The position numbers were made by a program, and so were the translations under genes. Under the pieces are notes generated by a model. That model was not told where the DNA came from. It saw only the letters and a program-made list of their open reading frames with translations, and searched no databases. Below are positions 1-14,300 of a stretch of DNA of 64,000 nucleotides, in pieces (position 1 is the first letter of the stretch; each line of letters starts with the position of its first letter). The DNA comes from Orbicella franksi (taxonomy: Eukaryota), in contig OZ116703.1 of NCBI GenBank assembly GCA_964199315.1, forward strand, positions 22,072,001-22,136,000. Reading direction: 5' to 3'.

Positions 1-394
1 TAATTTCGAGTAAGCAGTAAACTGATTGAGGCCGAGTTTGTAATGAAGGAGACTAGCGTCCTCACTCAGCAATTTTCGGTTGCCTCAAGTAATCTGTTAT
101 CAGATTATTTTCCGCGCTCACGTTTACTCTTTGTCTGCTAAGTCGCGTGTAAAACTAACCACCAATGACAGAGGTTTCAACTCAAGTAAGTAAGTAAGAA
201 CTTTATTTAAGTGTCAATGTATTTAGCCCAGTTTAGCCCTGTTGATTAAGTTTTCAGTTCCAATTTTGCGGAGTTTGGAACATTCGAGGACGCCAAGAAT
301 CTAAGGGTAGAGAAATGGAATGGGACCACAAGCCTACAAAATTGTCCACTTGACAATACATATCCAGAGTTAGAAAAACAAAAAGATTACTAAC

Positions 395-2092
395 CTGCAC
401 ACTCGTCTCAGTCTTCAGTTTCTCTCTACTTATCAGGTCTCTGTGAGCCGAGGAGAGCTGGGCACGCTCTGTGGCCAGTGACCGCCGCTCTTCTTGGATT
501 TGAGTCATGGTGGTTCTTTGCTCTCGCACCAGGTCATCACGGGCGCGCTGTACCTAAAGGCAAGAAAACAGCCACGTTGGATGTCATCATCATCTTTCCT
601 CATCGCGCCAGTAGGCGCGTAAGGCCGTCACGCTCTCAGCCAAACATATTGAATATGACAGGTCACCAATGGGTTTTGGAGCGGGTGTGATATCGACTCA
701 GTGAATTATTGAGAATTTAGTATCATACGACCAAAGCCAACTGTGATCGCGCCAGTCCACTGTGGTTTTCATTTTGCTCGCACTCTCAGGGTTGTTTTGT
801 CCCGCTCGTGCGTTGATCCATACACTTTCACTTGAATCAAATGGAAACACCCACATAAAGAGGTAAAATTGTAATCTTATCTTCCCCGCCAAATAGTTTT
901 ATTTCGCCGACAAGCGTGATTAACCGTACATAGATACACGGGTTACAAAACAAAAGCATACTGAGGCTACAAAAACACTCCAGTTCGCAGGTTATAAACT
1001 ATTCGACCTTTCTTGAAAACGAATTGTGTCTTGTGGCACACTGATCTTTACATACCAACACAGCCAACTGGAGAAGATTTTTTTATCTTTTAAAACTTGC
1101 TTTCCCAGTATTTAAGTCTTAAATTGACTCTTCGCACCGAACGCCAAACAGTTCTTTTATTGTTTGTTTTGAGAATTTGGTGGTACATCACTGAAGACAC
1201 TTTGCCTTACCTATGACTTCCTTCATCTTGGTCACTTGTATACTTCAGTCAAAACGAAAATTGATTAAGATTATTTACCTCAGCTCTTTGTGAAGACAGC
1301 TGTTCCATTGTGATTCGTCGCTCGTCCTCCAGTGCTGCCTGAAGAGCCTTCAGTCGAGACTCCTCCTGAGACAAACGCCATCTCTCTTGATCAACCTGAC
1401 GCGTCTGTTCACGCATGTGTAGTTCCATCTTGGAGACCAGGCCTGTAAGAGAGAAAAAGCGTGTATTTGGCTGGTAAGTGAACTTGTTATAAAAAATCTC
1501 AGTTATTCATAGTTTTTAGTTATTTACTACGAACAAGTAATGAAATTACTTACCTTGTAACCTGGTCCTTTCTTCGTCATTTTCAGATTGCTGCCTGTGC
1601 AACCTCTCCTGCAGTTGTTTCAAGTACTCGTCCCGGGCCCTGGCGGAGAGTTCGCGCTCATCAAGACCACTCTTATGAGTGACCTCGATCTTCTGACGTA
1701 AGTCGCTCACTTCACGAGTCGAGTTTAACACTTGATCCATGAGAGACTGGAGCGACTTGGTGTGAGCATGCGCACTGGTAGCCGCTGACACCTCTTGCTC
1801 TTTGAGCCTTCTCAGATGCGCGACCTCTTCTTCGTGCTCTGCGCGAAATTGCTCTAACGCTCGCCGATGAAGGTCTTTTAGTGTTTCTATCTCGTTGTTT
1901 TTCGCTGTCTCTAGAGCTGAAAGTTTTCGGTTGTGAGATGTTTGTAAGTCAGCTTTTTCAGTCTCCAAGATTCTTAACTTTTCGCTATTTTGCTGGATGA
2001 TTAGGTCGGTCTCGTCTTTCAGTCTTTGTTCGCGACGTTGATAAGAGTCTTCCAAAGTCTTCAAGTGAGATCTTGCGAATAATGAAAGGTAG

Positions 2093-2126
<34 letters not shown>

Positions 2127-2170
2127 TCCAATTTAAGCAATTGGAAAGAAGAAGCCTGAAAAAATCAGGA

Positions 2171-2201
<31 letters not shown>

Positions 2202-2268
2202 GATACCGGTGCGATGCTCACCAACTGAGCTATGAAGCCACACATTGGTAGAGCATCGCACCGGTATC

Positions 2269-2299
<31 letters not shown>

Positions 2300-2343
2300 T
2301 CCTGATTTTTTCAGGCTTCTTCTTTCCAATTGCTTAAATTGGA

Positions 2344-2374
<31 letters not shown>

Positions 2375-5300
2375 ATCTACAACCGCAGTTCATATATGAA
2401 TTATTTCATATAAACTTCACAATGAAAGGTAGATTAGTAAAAGAAATTGCACAACAATAGCAGTTACGGAGCTAGCACACAACATATCTGGTGTCAGGAA
2501 ATGTGTCTGTCGTATTCCTCTATATATCAACAAATACTACAGCCGGTCCGCACGATTCTGTATGCCGATCGACAAGGTGAAAATTGTTGGGTACATAATA
2601 CAGCACCACTCCATTTCTTTCATTATTTTACAGCATTCCGTGTTGCTTCAACATTCAGCTTCACATGATGCATAGTTTAGCACGAGCTGTTTGTTCTTTC
2701 ATTTCTGTATCATAGGCGGTTTACTGACTTATTACTTTTCCCAAGGAAGCCAAGAAGGAACATGTCTTAACCCTATGCCATGTGTAATTCAGCCTAGCAA
2801 GCTCTTGTCATAAAGTTTCAATGTTTTAAAACTGGACTCAAATAAACACGTTTCTGGATATGAATAGAACATTTTTACATGAGGTGGACTTTTCGCTCGA
2901 TTACCACCCGCTGTAAAAACAAAAAAAACAAAAAAAACAAAAACGAGCTAATATTACAATCCTCCCCTAAACATCTCTTCTTTAGGTGGTGTAGGAACTG
3001 GACTCGACGAAGCGGGGAAAATCGAGGCGTGGATAAAAGAGGGTGAAAATCAGACAAATAACCCAAGCGACAGGTGAAGGTGTGATCTCTCAACTGCTGG
3101 GTTGAATAACAATTTTCTTACTTGTGAGAAGAATCGATATTAGTCAGTTCATCCTTGTGTCTCGTTTTCAGTGCCTCAATCGTGGACAACAATTGCTCTC
3201 GCTCAAGTTCTAAACGGCGGACCTGGATAAAGGTAAAGTTTACCCATAAGTATTCGTGAAATGGATAAAAAAAAAATCAAGGTACAATGTACAAAGATTT
3301 ATAAGTGCATGTCCATAACCATTGTTTCGCTCATTAAATTTTTTCTTTGGTGACGTTCTTGTTGCCATTGCCGTCATGGTTTGTTTAAGCTCCTGAGTGG
3401 CTAATCAAAACGAACGTACACAACATAGACAACCGATAGCTTCAAACCAACAACTGCCTTGTAGTACATAAAGGTAGCAGGTGCAAGTTTTTTTACAGCA
3501 GCAACAGAGAAGAGTTCTGAAAAAACCATCAGTTAAATAAAAGAGAGAAATCTCACCTTTCCTTCTAACTCTGACACCTTACTCGTGGCGTCCAAGTCCT
3601 TCTTGTGCCTGATGCCCTCCATCTCCTGTACTTTCTTCATCAGCTCTTTCACTTCTTCCTCAAGCCGCATCTTCTGCTGTTCGCGGTGTTCACTTGCCAC
3701 CTCATACTCCATCAATCGACTCTGCTGCAGCTCACTCTCAGCTTTCAGCTTTGTCATTTCGAGTCTTTCCAGCGATGTTGGTTGAGGGATCTGGGGCGAT
3801 GATTGAAATCCAGCAGGGGACTGGTACTGAGGCTGGTAGGAAAGGGTCTGGGGTAGATTGTGGCCGGTAGGCAAAGCGAAAGGAGAAGATTGGTACTGAG
3901 GATACGATTGATGAGTGTATGGCTGGGCTCCCATTTGCGGTGGAATGTTGCCCTGAGGGGAGATGGGACTGGCTGTATATGGCTGCTGTGATGGATATTC
4001 CTGTGGATGGGGAGGGCCGAGTTGTACTGGAACTGACTGCGGGGGTGGTACATGTGATACTGCAGTAGGTGTTGAAGCAGGAGGAACGACACTGGCCTGT
4101 GCAGGGTACAGCTGTGATCCAGGCTGAACTTGTACTGGAGGTCGATTAACCGGTTGCTGTTCAGTTCCAGGTCTGGGTGTGTCCTGATTAATAGATGCTT
4201 GGCGTTTACCTTGCATACCTCTCCTTCTAGCTTCCTCGTTATCTAAGGGACTACCCTCACCCTGACCCTGCTGCGGCCTGTCTAGCGGACCTCCCTGATC
4301 AGCTGCCAGCTGCTGCCTGTCAAGGGGACCCTCCTGTCCAGCTGTTGGCTGTGGCTTATGCACAGGACCACCCTGACTAGGTGCAGGATCTGGTGTATCC
4401 AGCGAACTTTGTGGACTCGCCTGATCACGCCACCGTCTTCCTCTCCTTGGACTGCCTCCTGGTGACTCCCATGGGAAAGATGACGACCTGACAAATCAAT
4501 CAATCAATCAATCAATCAATTAGCCAATTAGTCAGTCAGTCAATCAATGGGCAGTCAGTCAGTCAGTCAGTCAATTTATCAGTGAGTCAGGCAGCCAATT
4601 AGTCTATCGGTCACCGCTTCGAGAATGAGGCCATGAACGAGCATTTGCCATGAACCTCCACTTTAGGTTAAGCATGACAGGGAAAACGCGCACTTTCGCT
4701 GAAAATCCTACTTGCTTATAAACTTACTTGCCGCTGTCATCAGCTGACTCCACCTGTTTTGGCTTTGGAGGCTCGTCAGGAGTGATTCCCAGCATGCGTA
4801 AGAACTCATCATTATCACCGTCCCCCCGGCGCCGGCCGGCCCTTCTTGGCGGAGACGCTTGCCTCTCTTGACGTTCCGGGGGAGCTGAACTCGGAGAAAT
4901 GACATAACGTTAAAGGGTTGTGGAAAACGAACAGGAATGGAAAAAGAAGTGTTAGGCAAGCAACTTGTAACAATGAAAGGAAAAACATGCATGTACCTTG
5001 TGTGCTTGGCGAGTCCTTTGCGCTCTCTCTGGGAAACGGTGTGTTTGTTTTGAGGGGAACTTCATTTAGATCCAGGCCTCCATCGTCATCGCCACCGCCC
5101 AGTCCTAACCAGTCTCCCCCGCCGCCGCCGCCGCCTCCACCACTGGGTTTTGATCCTGAAGACAAGAACACAGTGACATCAAAAGATGAAGCAAACGACG
5201 TTGAAAGGAGGGGCTGTTTCCTTGAGGTAATCAGAAAACTCCAATATACGTCTAAAGTAAAGTGCGTTACTAGGAATTCAAGACGCACCGATTTTCTAGA

Positions 5301-8300
5301 AGACATTTAAAATCATTTCTCATCATTTCTCCGGTAATATTGTTCGCACCTTAAATAAAAATAAATCGAAAAAGGGCGATGCACTGCCTACATTTTTTGC
5401 GTTCCCAATTTATCTAGCCGTATTAAACGTGTCAGACCATATTAGGTCAGTTATAAGCTTTTTCGATTCGCTAGAGTTTTCAAGGTTTCTGTGGTTAAAT
5501 CGCAGAATTTTTCTTATCATTGTCTGTCTGTCTCCGTGCCGTGAGGCGTCAATTCGATGTTGATATCAATAGGGAGGCGCCTCATGGAGCCTGGCCAGAG
5601 CCCTTGTGTTCAGTCCTTTACCCATGCCTCCATGCCCCCGGACATTGAAATGGGTGCTGACGAATCATGGACTGACCTGACAAAATGCGGGAGAAAACCT
5701 GCGATGGTCTAGCATTCCATCCAGGGGAGGGAAAGTACAATATTCCTAGCCCCTGCAAGCTCAGCAGGCTGGAGTTTTAAAGTTCCAGCCCTGATGAGCT
5801 ACTGGGTTGCCCCCAGGAGCGTAGCTATGGGGGGGGGGGGGGGGGGGTCCTGTCCAACTTCTGGTTTCTCGATTCTCACGCTAAGAACAATACCACGGCA
5901 ACTGGAAGTGCTTTTTGCGTACAGAAACGAACAAGACTTTATCTGTTCTGCTGAAAATATAGCATAAATTTATTTAAGCTACTTTTTTTTTATCTTTTTC
6001 GATTAATAAAGCTACCACTGAACTAAGGGAGCCGTAAATAAGTAAGCCACATCAATCCCTTCATTTAATCAGTTTTTTATTTCAGCAAGAGTTCTGACTG
6101 CGTGTAGTCATTAGTATACGCAGAAGGTGCCGTTTATCGATGATAGCAACAATGAATGTTCTGAACCATAGCATAGTATGGCTGGTTCTACGATCACTGT
6201 GATACGCGATTTCTGAACCAAGACATTTTCCGCAGTATGTCCATGATAGCGTGTCGAATGTGTCTCATCTTCCAGCAGTAAATTACTGGGTTCAAAGATG
6301 AGTTGAGGTACATTACCGTCCACGAATAAAGCAAAATTCTTTTAAATTCGATATTGGGACCACCGATGTTATGAACGACCAAACTGATAGTGAAAGGCAA
6401 ATAACAAACCAAAAACACAATGTATACGTAGAAGGTACCGACCGCAGATTTAATAAGGCTAACAAAAATTGCCATTTCGCTGTTCTCTGCAACTTGCTGA
6501 ACTTGCAGGGACTGAATCTGATTCCTGTGGCGTTGTACTGCTACATAAATTCTGATGTAGGCCACTGTTGTAACGAGAAGACCAATAACTCCAAGAAATA
6601 AAATAATAGGTGAGTAGATATCGGGCGGAATCCAGAACACCATCAAAGGAACAAACACACTAAGCAGCCATATTGAGATCACCCCGGCAACAACACGCTT
6701 TTGAGTCACAAGTTCCTGATATCTGAGATGAAGATGAATAGCTAGGAGCCCGTCTACACTTAGAGCCACAACACTCAAGAAAGAGGCCAAGGAAAACACA
6801 CTTATAATGGATATAAATACCATATAGATGTTACAGCCGGGGTTGTTTTGTTGTAACCATTTTACCAGAAGTGAGGTGTAAAAAGGCTGCCCCAACAAAC
6901 CAACACCAACATCAGAAACAGCAAGACTCACGAGCAATGTTTTCAAAGTCTTTGGTAACGATGAAGTTTTTCTTATAGCGTGAATTGTCACAATATTCAA
7001 CATGACGGCGGTATAGGAAAGAAAAATATTCACGACACAATTACCAATGTAAGTTAAACGGAGGTCTGCAAATTCGATTATTTTGGGGAAGGTCTGCAGC
7101 AGCAATTCACAAGCTGATTTCCTCATCGTCTGGACAGAAGTTTCTTCAAGTGACCGAGCGTTTCACATAAATTTTACCAAGCTAAGACAGTTTCCTTTCT
7201 CAACGACACAAACCACTGGGTTCCCTTAAGCTAATATGAGTAGTTCTTCTTGATTAAAGTCATAACCCTTAGTAAACGAAGTCTTTCCGCAACAAGTCAA
7301 TTCAGGTGTCATGTTGTCACCCGCCACTTCAGACATCTTGTTGTCATAAAATAAAGTTAATACTAGTTCTTCCTAATTAAGCCATAACACTAAGTAAACG
7401 AAGTATTTCCGCAACAAGTCAATTCAGATGTTCTGTTGTCATAAAATAGAGTTAAAACTGACAGTAAGTGAATCGTGATGAAGAATTAATACGTGGGTCT
7501 TGAACTTTCTAATAATTGATTAGAATAAAACCAAGACATAAACGTCAATGGCGCGACAATGTGTTTCCAAAAAACATAAGGAAAACTGGCCCGAAATTGG
7601 ACATTTCAAAGGTGATAATTGAAATTTCGTTAAGGATGTTACCGAACGAAGACCCTTAGCTACATGCTTGAACAAAAATAAGTCAGCACGTGCACATGAA
7701 TATTTCCCATGTTCAAAAATAAGGCAAAACGAAACAGGTGTCTTTATAAAGTCGTTTCGTTGCTAATCAATGGCACACCTACATACTGCTTTCAGTTTCA
7801 AGGGCCGGGCATGTGGAGTGCACAACGAACTCTCCATCACCAAGTGTCGGTGATAGCTTTACCAACAGTAATGAATTGTTTGAAGATCAGCACAACATGA
7901 AGAAGAACACTTGCTATAAATAATAAAGATTGTTTTTAGCACTTTAACCCTTTGCTTCGTCATAACGATGAAAACGTCATTAATAAATAGCGCACCTTTT
8001 GTACTATGATCACATCCGGTTTACCAATCCAGAAAACCATGACAATTGTTTAACAAACTCAGCGACTCGAATAGCGACCTAAACTATAAGCCGCCTAACA
8101 CGAATATCGCTACTAAGACACTAATAAACTTAATGTTGGTCCCAGAGTCTCCCCGAGAACTGGTTAGAAGCAGGAGAGATCAATGGTAACGAGACCATTT
8201 GAATTCATTCATTCATAATTTTCTTAACGCGGTACAATAGACAGGACGAAGCAGACTAAGGCACACAATGAATATTTCACGCTCTTTTCTGTTTCATTTC

Positions 8301-11300
8301 TAAACGTACTCATGCGCGAAGGCATAACTGTTCCTGGAGTCGCTGTTTTGGTCAAGCATTTGTTGGGAAATAATCCATGGTCGTTGTTGCGTTAGAAAAA
8401 ATCACTTTATATATCTTTTTAAAGACAGAACAAAATGAAATGATCGATATAAACATGGATGGCAATAGATGCAACTTGTCATAACTGATAAAACAAAGAC
8501 TTCATGTAAGTTACTCGAGTCGTGCTCTCGTTTGTTACACAAACTAATAAAACAACGTGCAATTAAAGAAAATCTTCGAATCGAAGGTATTTCTTGCCTT
8601 CAAAACAACAGTTTTACTACGATATAAAAACTTTTTGAGAATGATAAATTATCTGAGTTTGCTGTCAAATTAAAATAAAACTGCTGTTTGTATTTATGTC
8701 GGTCTACAATTGCTGATCACATTTCAACCAAGGAAAAGATATAAACGTCACTGGCCTGACAGCGGGGTTTATTAAACAGGTGATATTTTGGTAAAACAGG
8801 AAAAACTGTCCCAAAATTCGACTTTTCAGACGTGGTAAATGAGATATCTTTAAGGATTCCACCAAACGAAGATCCTTTAATAGCTACATACTTGATAAAA
8901 AAATGAGTTTGCACGTGGATAGGAACAATGTCCGTACTTAATAAATACCAATCTCGTTCCCAGAGTCTTCGTTCCCCTTGACCAGCGTTCGGAAAACGAG
9001 AGCTCTGGGACCAACCATTTTGAAATAACCGAATTCTGCCCATCGGTTTCACTGCGCAGTCTGCATCTATGGCGCAGGCCTGAAATGGTTGCTCCCAGAG
9101 CTGTCGTTTTCCGACCGCTGGTCGAGGGGAACGAAGACTCCGGGAACGAGATTGAATAAATACAGACTCGGAAGTATAAACTAGCTAGCAAATCCGGGCT
9201 ATCAAACTCGGTATACAAAACCTCCCAGGTTTCTTTCGCACTCTCCGAACTTCCCTCGTGCACCACAACTGAAACATGAATCAATTACATGCCAATTGTC
9301 ATAAAGATCAAACAAAACGAAAATGTTAAAAAAAAAAAAACCGAAACGAAACTGTAGTTTCATTCGCACGCGTGGACATAGCTCAAGCGCAGCTCAAGAC
9401 TTCTACGCATGCGTTCGTTTGGCTCGTCACGAGCTCTATTTCGACGACGGCTCGTTTGGGACAAGTGCACTACGAGCCAAAACAAACAACAACGATACCC
9501 AACACATTACTCCTTGAGACGCTTTCAAAGCCAAACCGTCCGGTTATAAGACAAGTCCTATGATCTTCCTGTTTCAAGTGAATAGACTTAAGTAAAAACA
9601 CCATTCAACTGAAGATCATTTCAGTAATAACAACACGTTTTCTGTTATCTTTCTTGAATCTGGCACGTGACGAGTGAGCGTGTCATATTTCGAAAGGGCT
9701 CTTAACTGTCACGAATAAAACACTAAACAACAATTGCAAAGCGGGAACTTTTAACCCTATCTTTTGGTACCCTCTCCCCCGAAAAAGAAGTGTTGCGCTA
9801 CAAAGAGAATCAACTACTAGACTAAAGACTTCCAGCTGTCAAGTTTATGTAATGCAATTGAAAGTAACGATAACATAGCCCGTAAAACAGCTTTTCATTC
9901 ACAAGAAAGAAAATAATATAGCTTGAAAGTTCTCTACTGTTCTTATTTATGTGACAAATTTATTCCAGGCATTTACAATACCTTTTTCCGTTCTTCTAAC
10001 ATAAAACTACCATTAAACTAAAGCGTGTCTGAAATTACTGAGCAATATCAATCCCTCATTTAGATGGACAGCTTGAAATACAGCTCAACATTTCGCATTT
10101 TCATCCGCAAGATTTGAGTTCTTTGTTTCGAAATTTCCACTGGAAAAGCGCACGTTTTCATGAGCCACAATGCGGCCGGATTCCGATGAACAAGAAACCT
10201 TTTGATCCTTAAGTTTAAATTAAACCAAAAAGCGAACTTTGAAGCGATCGTTGTTCTCTCGAAAGCCACTCGAAAACCGAAAGTTTAGCTAAAGTCCAGT
10301 TTGCGTTTGACAGCTGTTGTCTCTTTGGCCAATCAAATTATTCGAACAGTTCTAACAAGGATTGTGATAGGCTTATTTTAGCGTGCTTTATCAGAGTACA
10401 GATGCACACTTACGCCACTTTCCTTCGTTTGGAAAATGAAGTTTGGTTTGAGAATATTAACTGACTGTGTGAGGAAATTCATGGGTTCTCTATCATAAAT
10501 CAAATGAAGAAACCTCGACTGTGCTCTGTTCTGTTGAGTGTAAAGCTCTTATGAAGCGGTAGAGCACTCAAGAAGTAGGTAGACACACTCAACTACGTCT
10601 CGTGTTTTCCCCTACACTTCAATCGTGCTCTACCGCTTCCTGCGTGCTTTATAACAGAACAGATCGAGCACAGTGGAGGCTTCTTTTCTGTTAAACAGAT
10701 AAAGAGCGCTTAAAGCTCTATTACAACTTGCACGCGCACACATGCTCTAAACAACTATTAGGACTTTGTCAATTTAACGATGATAATAATAAATAAACAT
10801 ATTTATACAGGATGACCATTTCAGTTATAAAAACTGCTATCAACATGGGTCCTGCATAAAATAAATAAATAAATGATTAATTAATAAAATAAATCATAAA
10901 ATATGCAAGAATCTAAAAAGCTGTATAGTTTAGTACGATCTCGTTTGTCTTCAGGCAGCTAAGTTAGACTGCTCGCAGTTCATGTTAGATACAAAAGACC
11001 TTTTTCAACAATAACAACAATAAATGTGGGGAATACATAGTATAATACTTCCGGCCCTAAGATAATTGAAATACGCGATTTCTGAGACACGGCATGTTCC
11101 GCAGTATGTCCACGATAGCGTGTCGAATGTGTCTCATCTTCCAACAGTACATCACTGGATTCAAAGAAGAACTAAGAAATATGAAAGTCAATGAGAAAAT
11201 AAACCAACTTTTCAAAGGAATAGTGGGCCCGTTCATTTCAGTGGCGACCAAACAGATCAAGAAAGGCAAGTAACAAATCAAAAACACGAGATATACGTAG

Positions 11301-14300
11301 TATATACCGACTGCAGATTTAACGAGGCTAGCAAACCTTGCCATTTCCTTATTCTCGTCTAAGTCTTGTACTTGCAGGGCTTGAATCTGATTCTTGTGGC
11401 GTCGTGCGGTTAAGTAAATTCTGATGTATACCAATGTTGTAAGAAATAGACCAGCAATTCCAAGAGTAAATGTCATAAGTGAGTACATATCCGACAGCAA
11501 CCACAACACTACCACAGGGAAAATTACACTAAGAAGCCATAATGAGATCACCACAACAAAAACACGCTTATGAGTCACAAGTTCCTGATATCTGAGATGA
11601 AGATGAATTGCTAAGAATCTGTCTACAGTTACAGCCACGACACCCAAGAACGAAGCTAGACAGAACGTCGACGAAATCATGACAAATGCATGCCTGAAAT
11701 TGCAGTCTTCACCATTTTGTTGTAACCATTTGACCAGGAGCGAAGTGTAAACTGGTTGAACAATTAATCCAACACCGACATCTGTAACAGCAAGATTCAG
11801 GAGCAGTGTCTTCAAAGTGTCTGGCAACGACGAAGTCTTCCTTATAGCGTGGATTGTTACAACGTTCAACATGATGGCGGTATAGGACAGGAAAATGTTC
11901 AACATAAAATTAACAAGAATGGTCCAACGGAGGTTTTCTACTTCGGAGACATTCGGATAACTAAGTGTCAACAGCTCACAAGATGAGTTCTCCATTACAT
12001 CCATTAAAGATTTTTCACGAAACTAGATATTCGTTTCCTTGCCACAAGGTAAGTATTCCACAAATCAATCTTTCAGACGCAATATTTTTTTTGAAAATTT
12101 GGTCACGTTTTTTGGGCATGTGCTAAAACCCAGACGGTGGATTCTGGACGATAGACGATGGACGATGGACGATGGACGATGGACGATGGACGATGGACGA
12201 TGGACGATGGACGATGGACGATGGACGATGGACGATATCTCTGACATTCATTTATTTGTCGATGTTAAACTATTGAACAGCGAAAATTCGTGCCCTCCCC
12301 CCTCCCCTCCCCCGAGCAAAAATATAACTTATTAAGACTGGACAAATTATCGCGAAGTTCTGATCGCGGATTTTTCGTCACGCAATGTCGCGCATTCATT
12401 TATTTCTCTCAGCCAAAGTACATAAACATGAATAAATTTTCCACACAATCTTTTGCTTTTGTCACGCGATGTCACCATGGAGTTTTCAAATACTTGCAAT
12501 AAAAACTTTCAGAGCTGGCGAAAATGAAATTGAAACACGTAAGGAAAGGAAGGGCGAAATGGTAATGGGAAGCACCGATAATCCTGGCAGACCGCTTGTG
12601 GAAAGCTTGACCAAAACAGCTTAAAAACTAAGGTGAGACTGCTTATTTCCCCCCCCCCCCCCACCCCACGACAACTCATGCAAAAACATATCACGTGCTT
12701 GCCGTATGGGCTACGATTCTCCTGCGTCATTTCTGCGTGCAGTCTGGAATAATTCATGTGAAAAAGCAATCGATTGCGGGACGAAAGAAAAAGATTGTGT
12801 GACAAATTTATATTTTGTTGTCAAAATTTAATAAATGAATAACTGACATTGCGTGACATAAAATCCGCGGTCAAAATTTGTCCAGTCAAAATAAGTTTGT
12901 TTTTTTTTTTCTTGGTGGGGAGCGGAGCGGGCACGATTTTTCGCTGTGCACTATTTCAAAATTCCATGGTGACATCGCGTGATAAAAGAAGGAATGCGTG
13001 AAATTGCGTGACGAACGATTCGCAATCACAACTTTGTCCTCGAATTTTCGCTGTTCAATATTTTAACATCGCGTGACAAAAGCAAAAGATTGTGTGACAA
13101 TTTTATACTTTGTCTGAGAGAAATAAATGAATGTCAGAGATATTGTCCATCGTCCATCGTCCATCGTCCATCGTCCATCGTCTATCGTCTATCGTCCAGA
13201 GTCCACCGTCTGGGTTTTAGCACATGCCCGTTTTTTGGGATGAAAGTGAGTAATTCATTACGTTGGCGGTATAATTAAAACGACAGTTTTAATTTACATA
13301 CAGGTGTTTAATTACCGCTTCCATTAAAACCAAGAAATAAACTTCACTGGTCTCTTTTTAAGGTTTACTAAGCAATCTTAATGTTTGTGAAAACCCCCAA
13401 AACAAAACTCCCTTGAATTTTGGACTTAGCAAAACTAGCACCTGCATAAGAGAGATTTTATGAACATAGTCACTTAATATTTTCATAGAAATAACAAATC
13501 AAAAACATAATGTTAGTAATTGATTGTACATCTGGAAACTGTTTCTAGTTTCACATACCGCGCATATCACGTGCGAAACGAATGCTCCATTATCCATGTG
13601 TGGGTTATAGTTACCACTTGAACAAATCAAAACTAAATAAACGGAAAAGCTTAACAATAACTGCATTCAAAAGCACACATCAGTATTACAATGTGGTTCC
13701 ATTACGTCACGTATTTGACACTTTGTCTTTATAAAATGTAAACATTTACTGTCGTTTCCTGTGGCGAACAGAACCATTTACGTAAAGCACTCCGCAAACC
13801 GACTCCTGCAATGAAGTAATTATTTATCCCAATGTCGGCTCCACAAGTAGGAGCAAACAATGGTAACGAGATCAAATGAATTCACTGATGAATAACCTTT
13901 TTTAAAACACCGAAAACAGATTAAAATGTCCTTCTTGCAGCCATAGAGAAAGCCATACAGAATAGACAGGTCTTTTTTCGGGACGAAGAAAATTGTCCTT
14001 GATAGATATGTGTCTTGACACAGGATTCTCAAGGCCACTGATCGTTTGGCTTACAAGGTGTTCTAGGCCAAGCTAAGACAGTTTCCTTTTTCCATACCAC
14101 GGACGAACTGGGTCACTTAAAAAAGCTACGTCACGGTTTGCGCATTCTAAAAGGTTTAGCTTGAATTTTTCAAGTTTATCGTTTGTAATCCGTGTCAATC
14201 TTCTCCATGCTTAACCATCCTTGTTCCTTTATGGTTTATTATTATCTCTTTGGTGATTCCTTATCTTAGTAAACTACTATTTTCAGGTTTCCTTCACTCA

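Noticed and set aside
2168-2239. Functional tRNA-Thr(GGU) gene
   Set aside because: It has C33, an A-C mismatch in the anticodon stem and a deleted D-loop base, and sits in a TSD-flanked repeat with SINE tails. G34 Thr tRNAs are atypical in eukaryotes.
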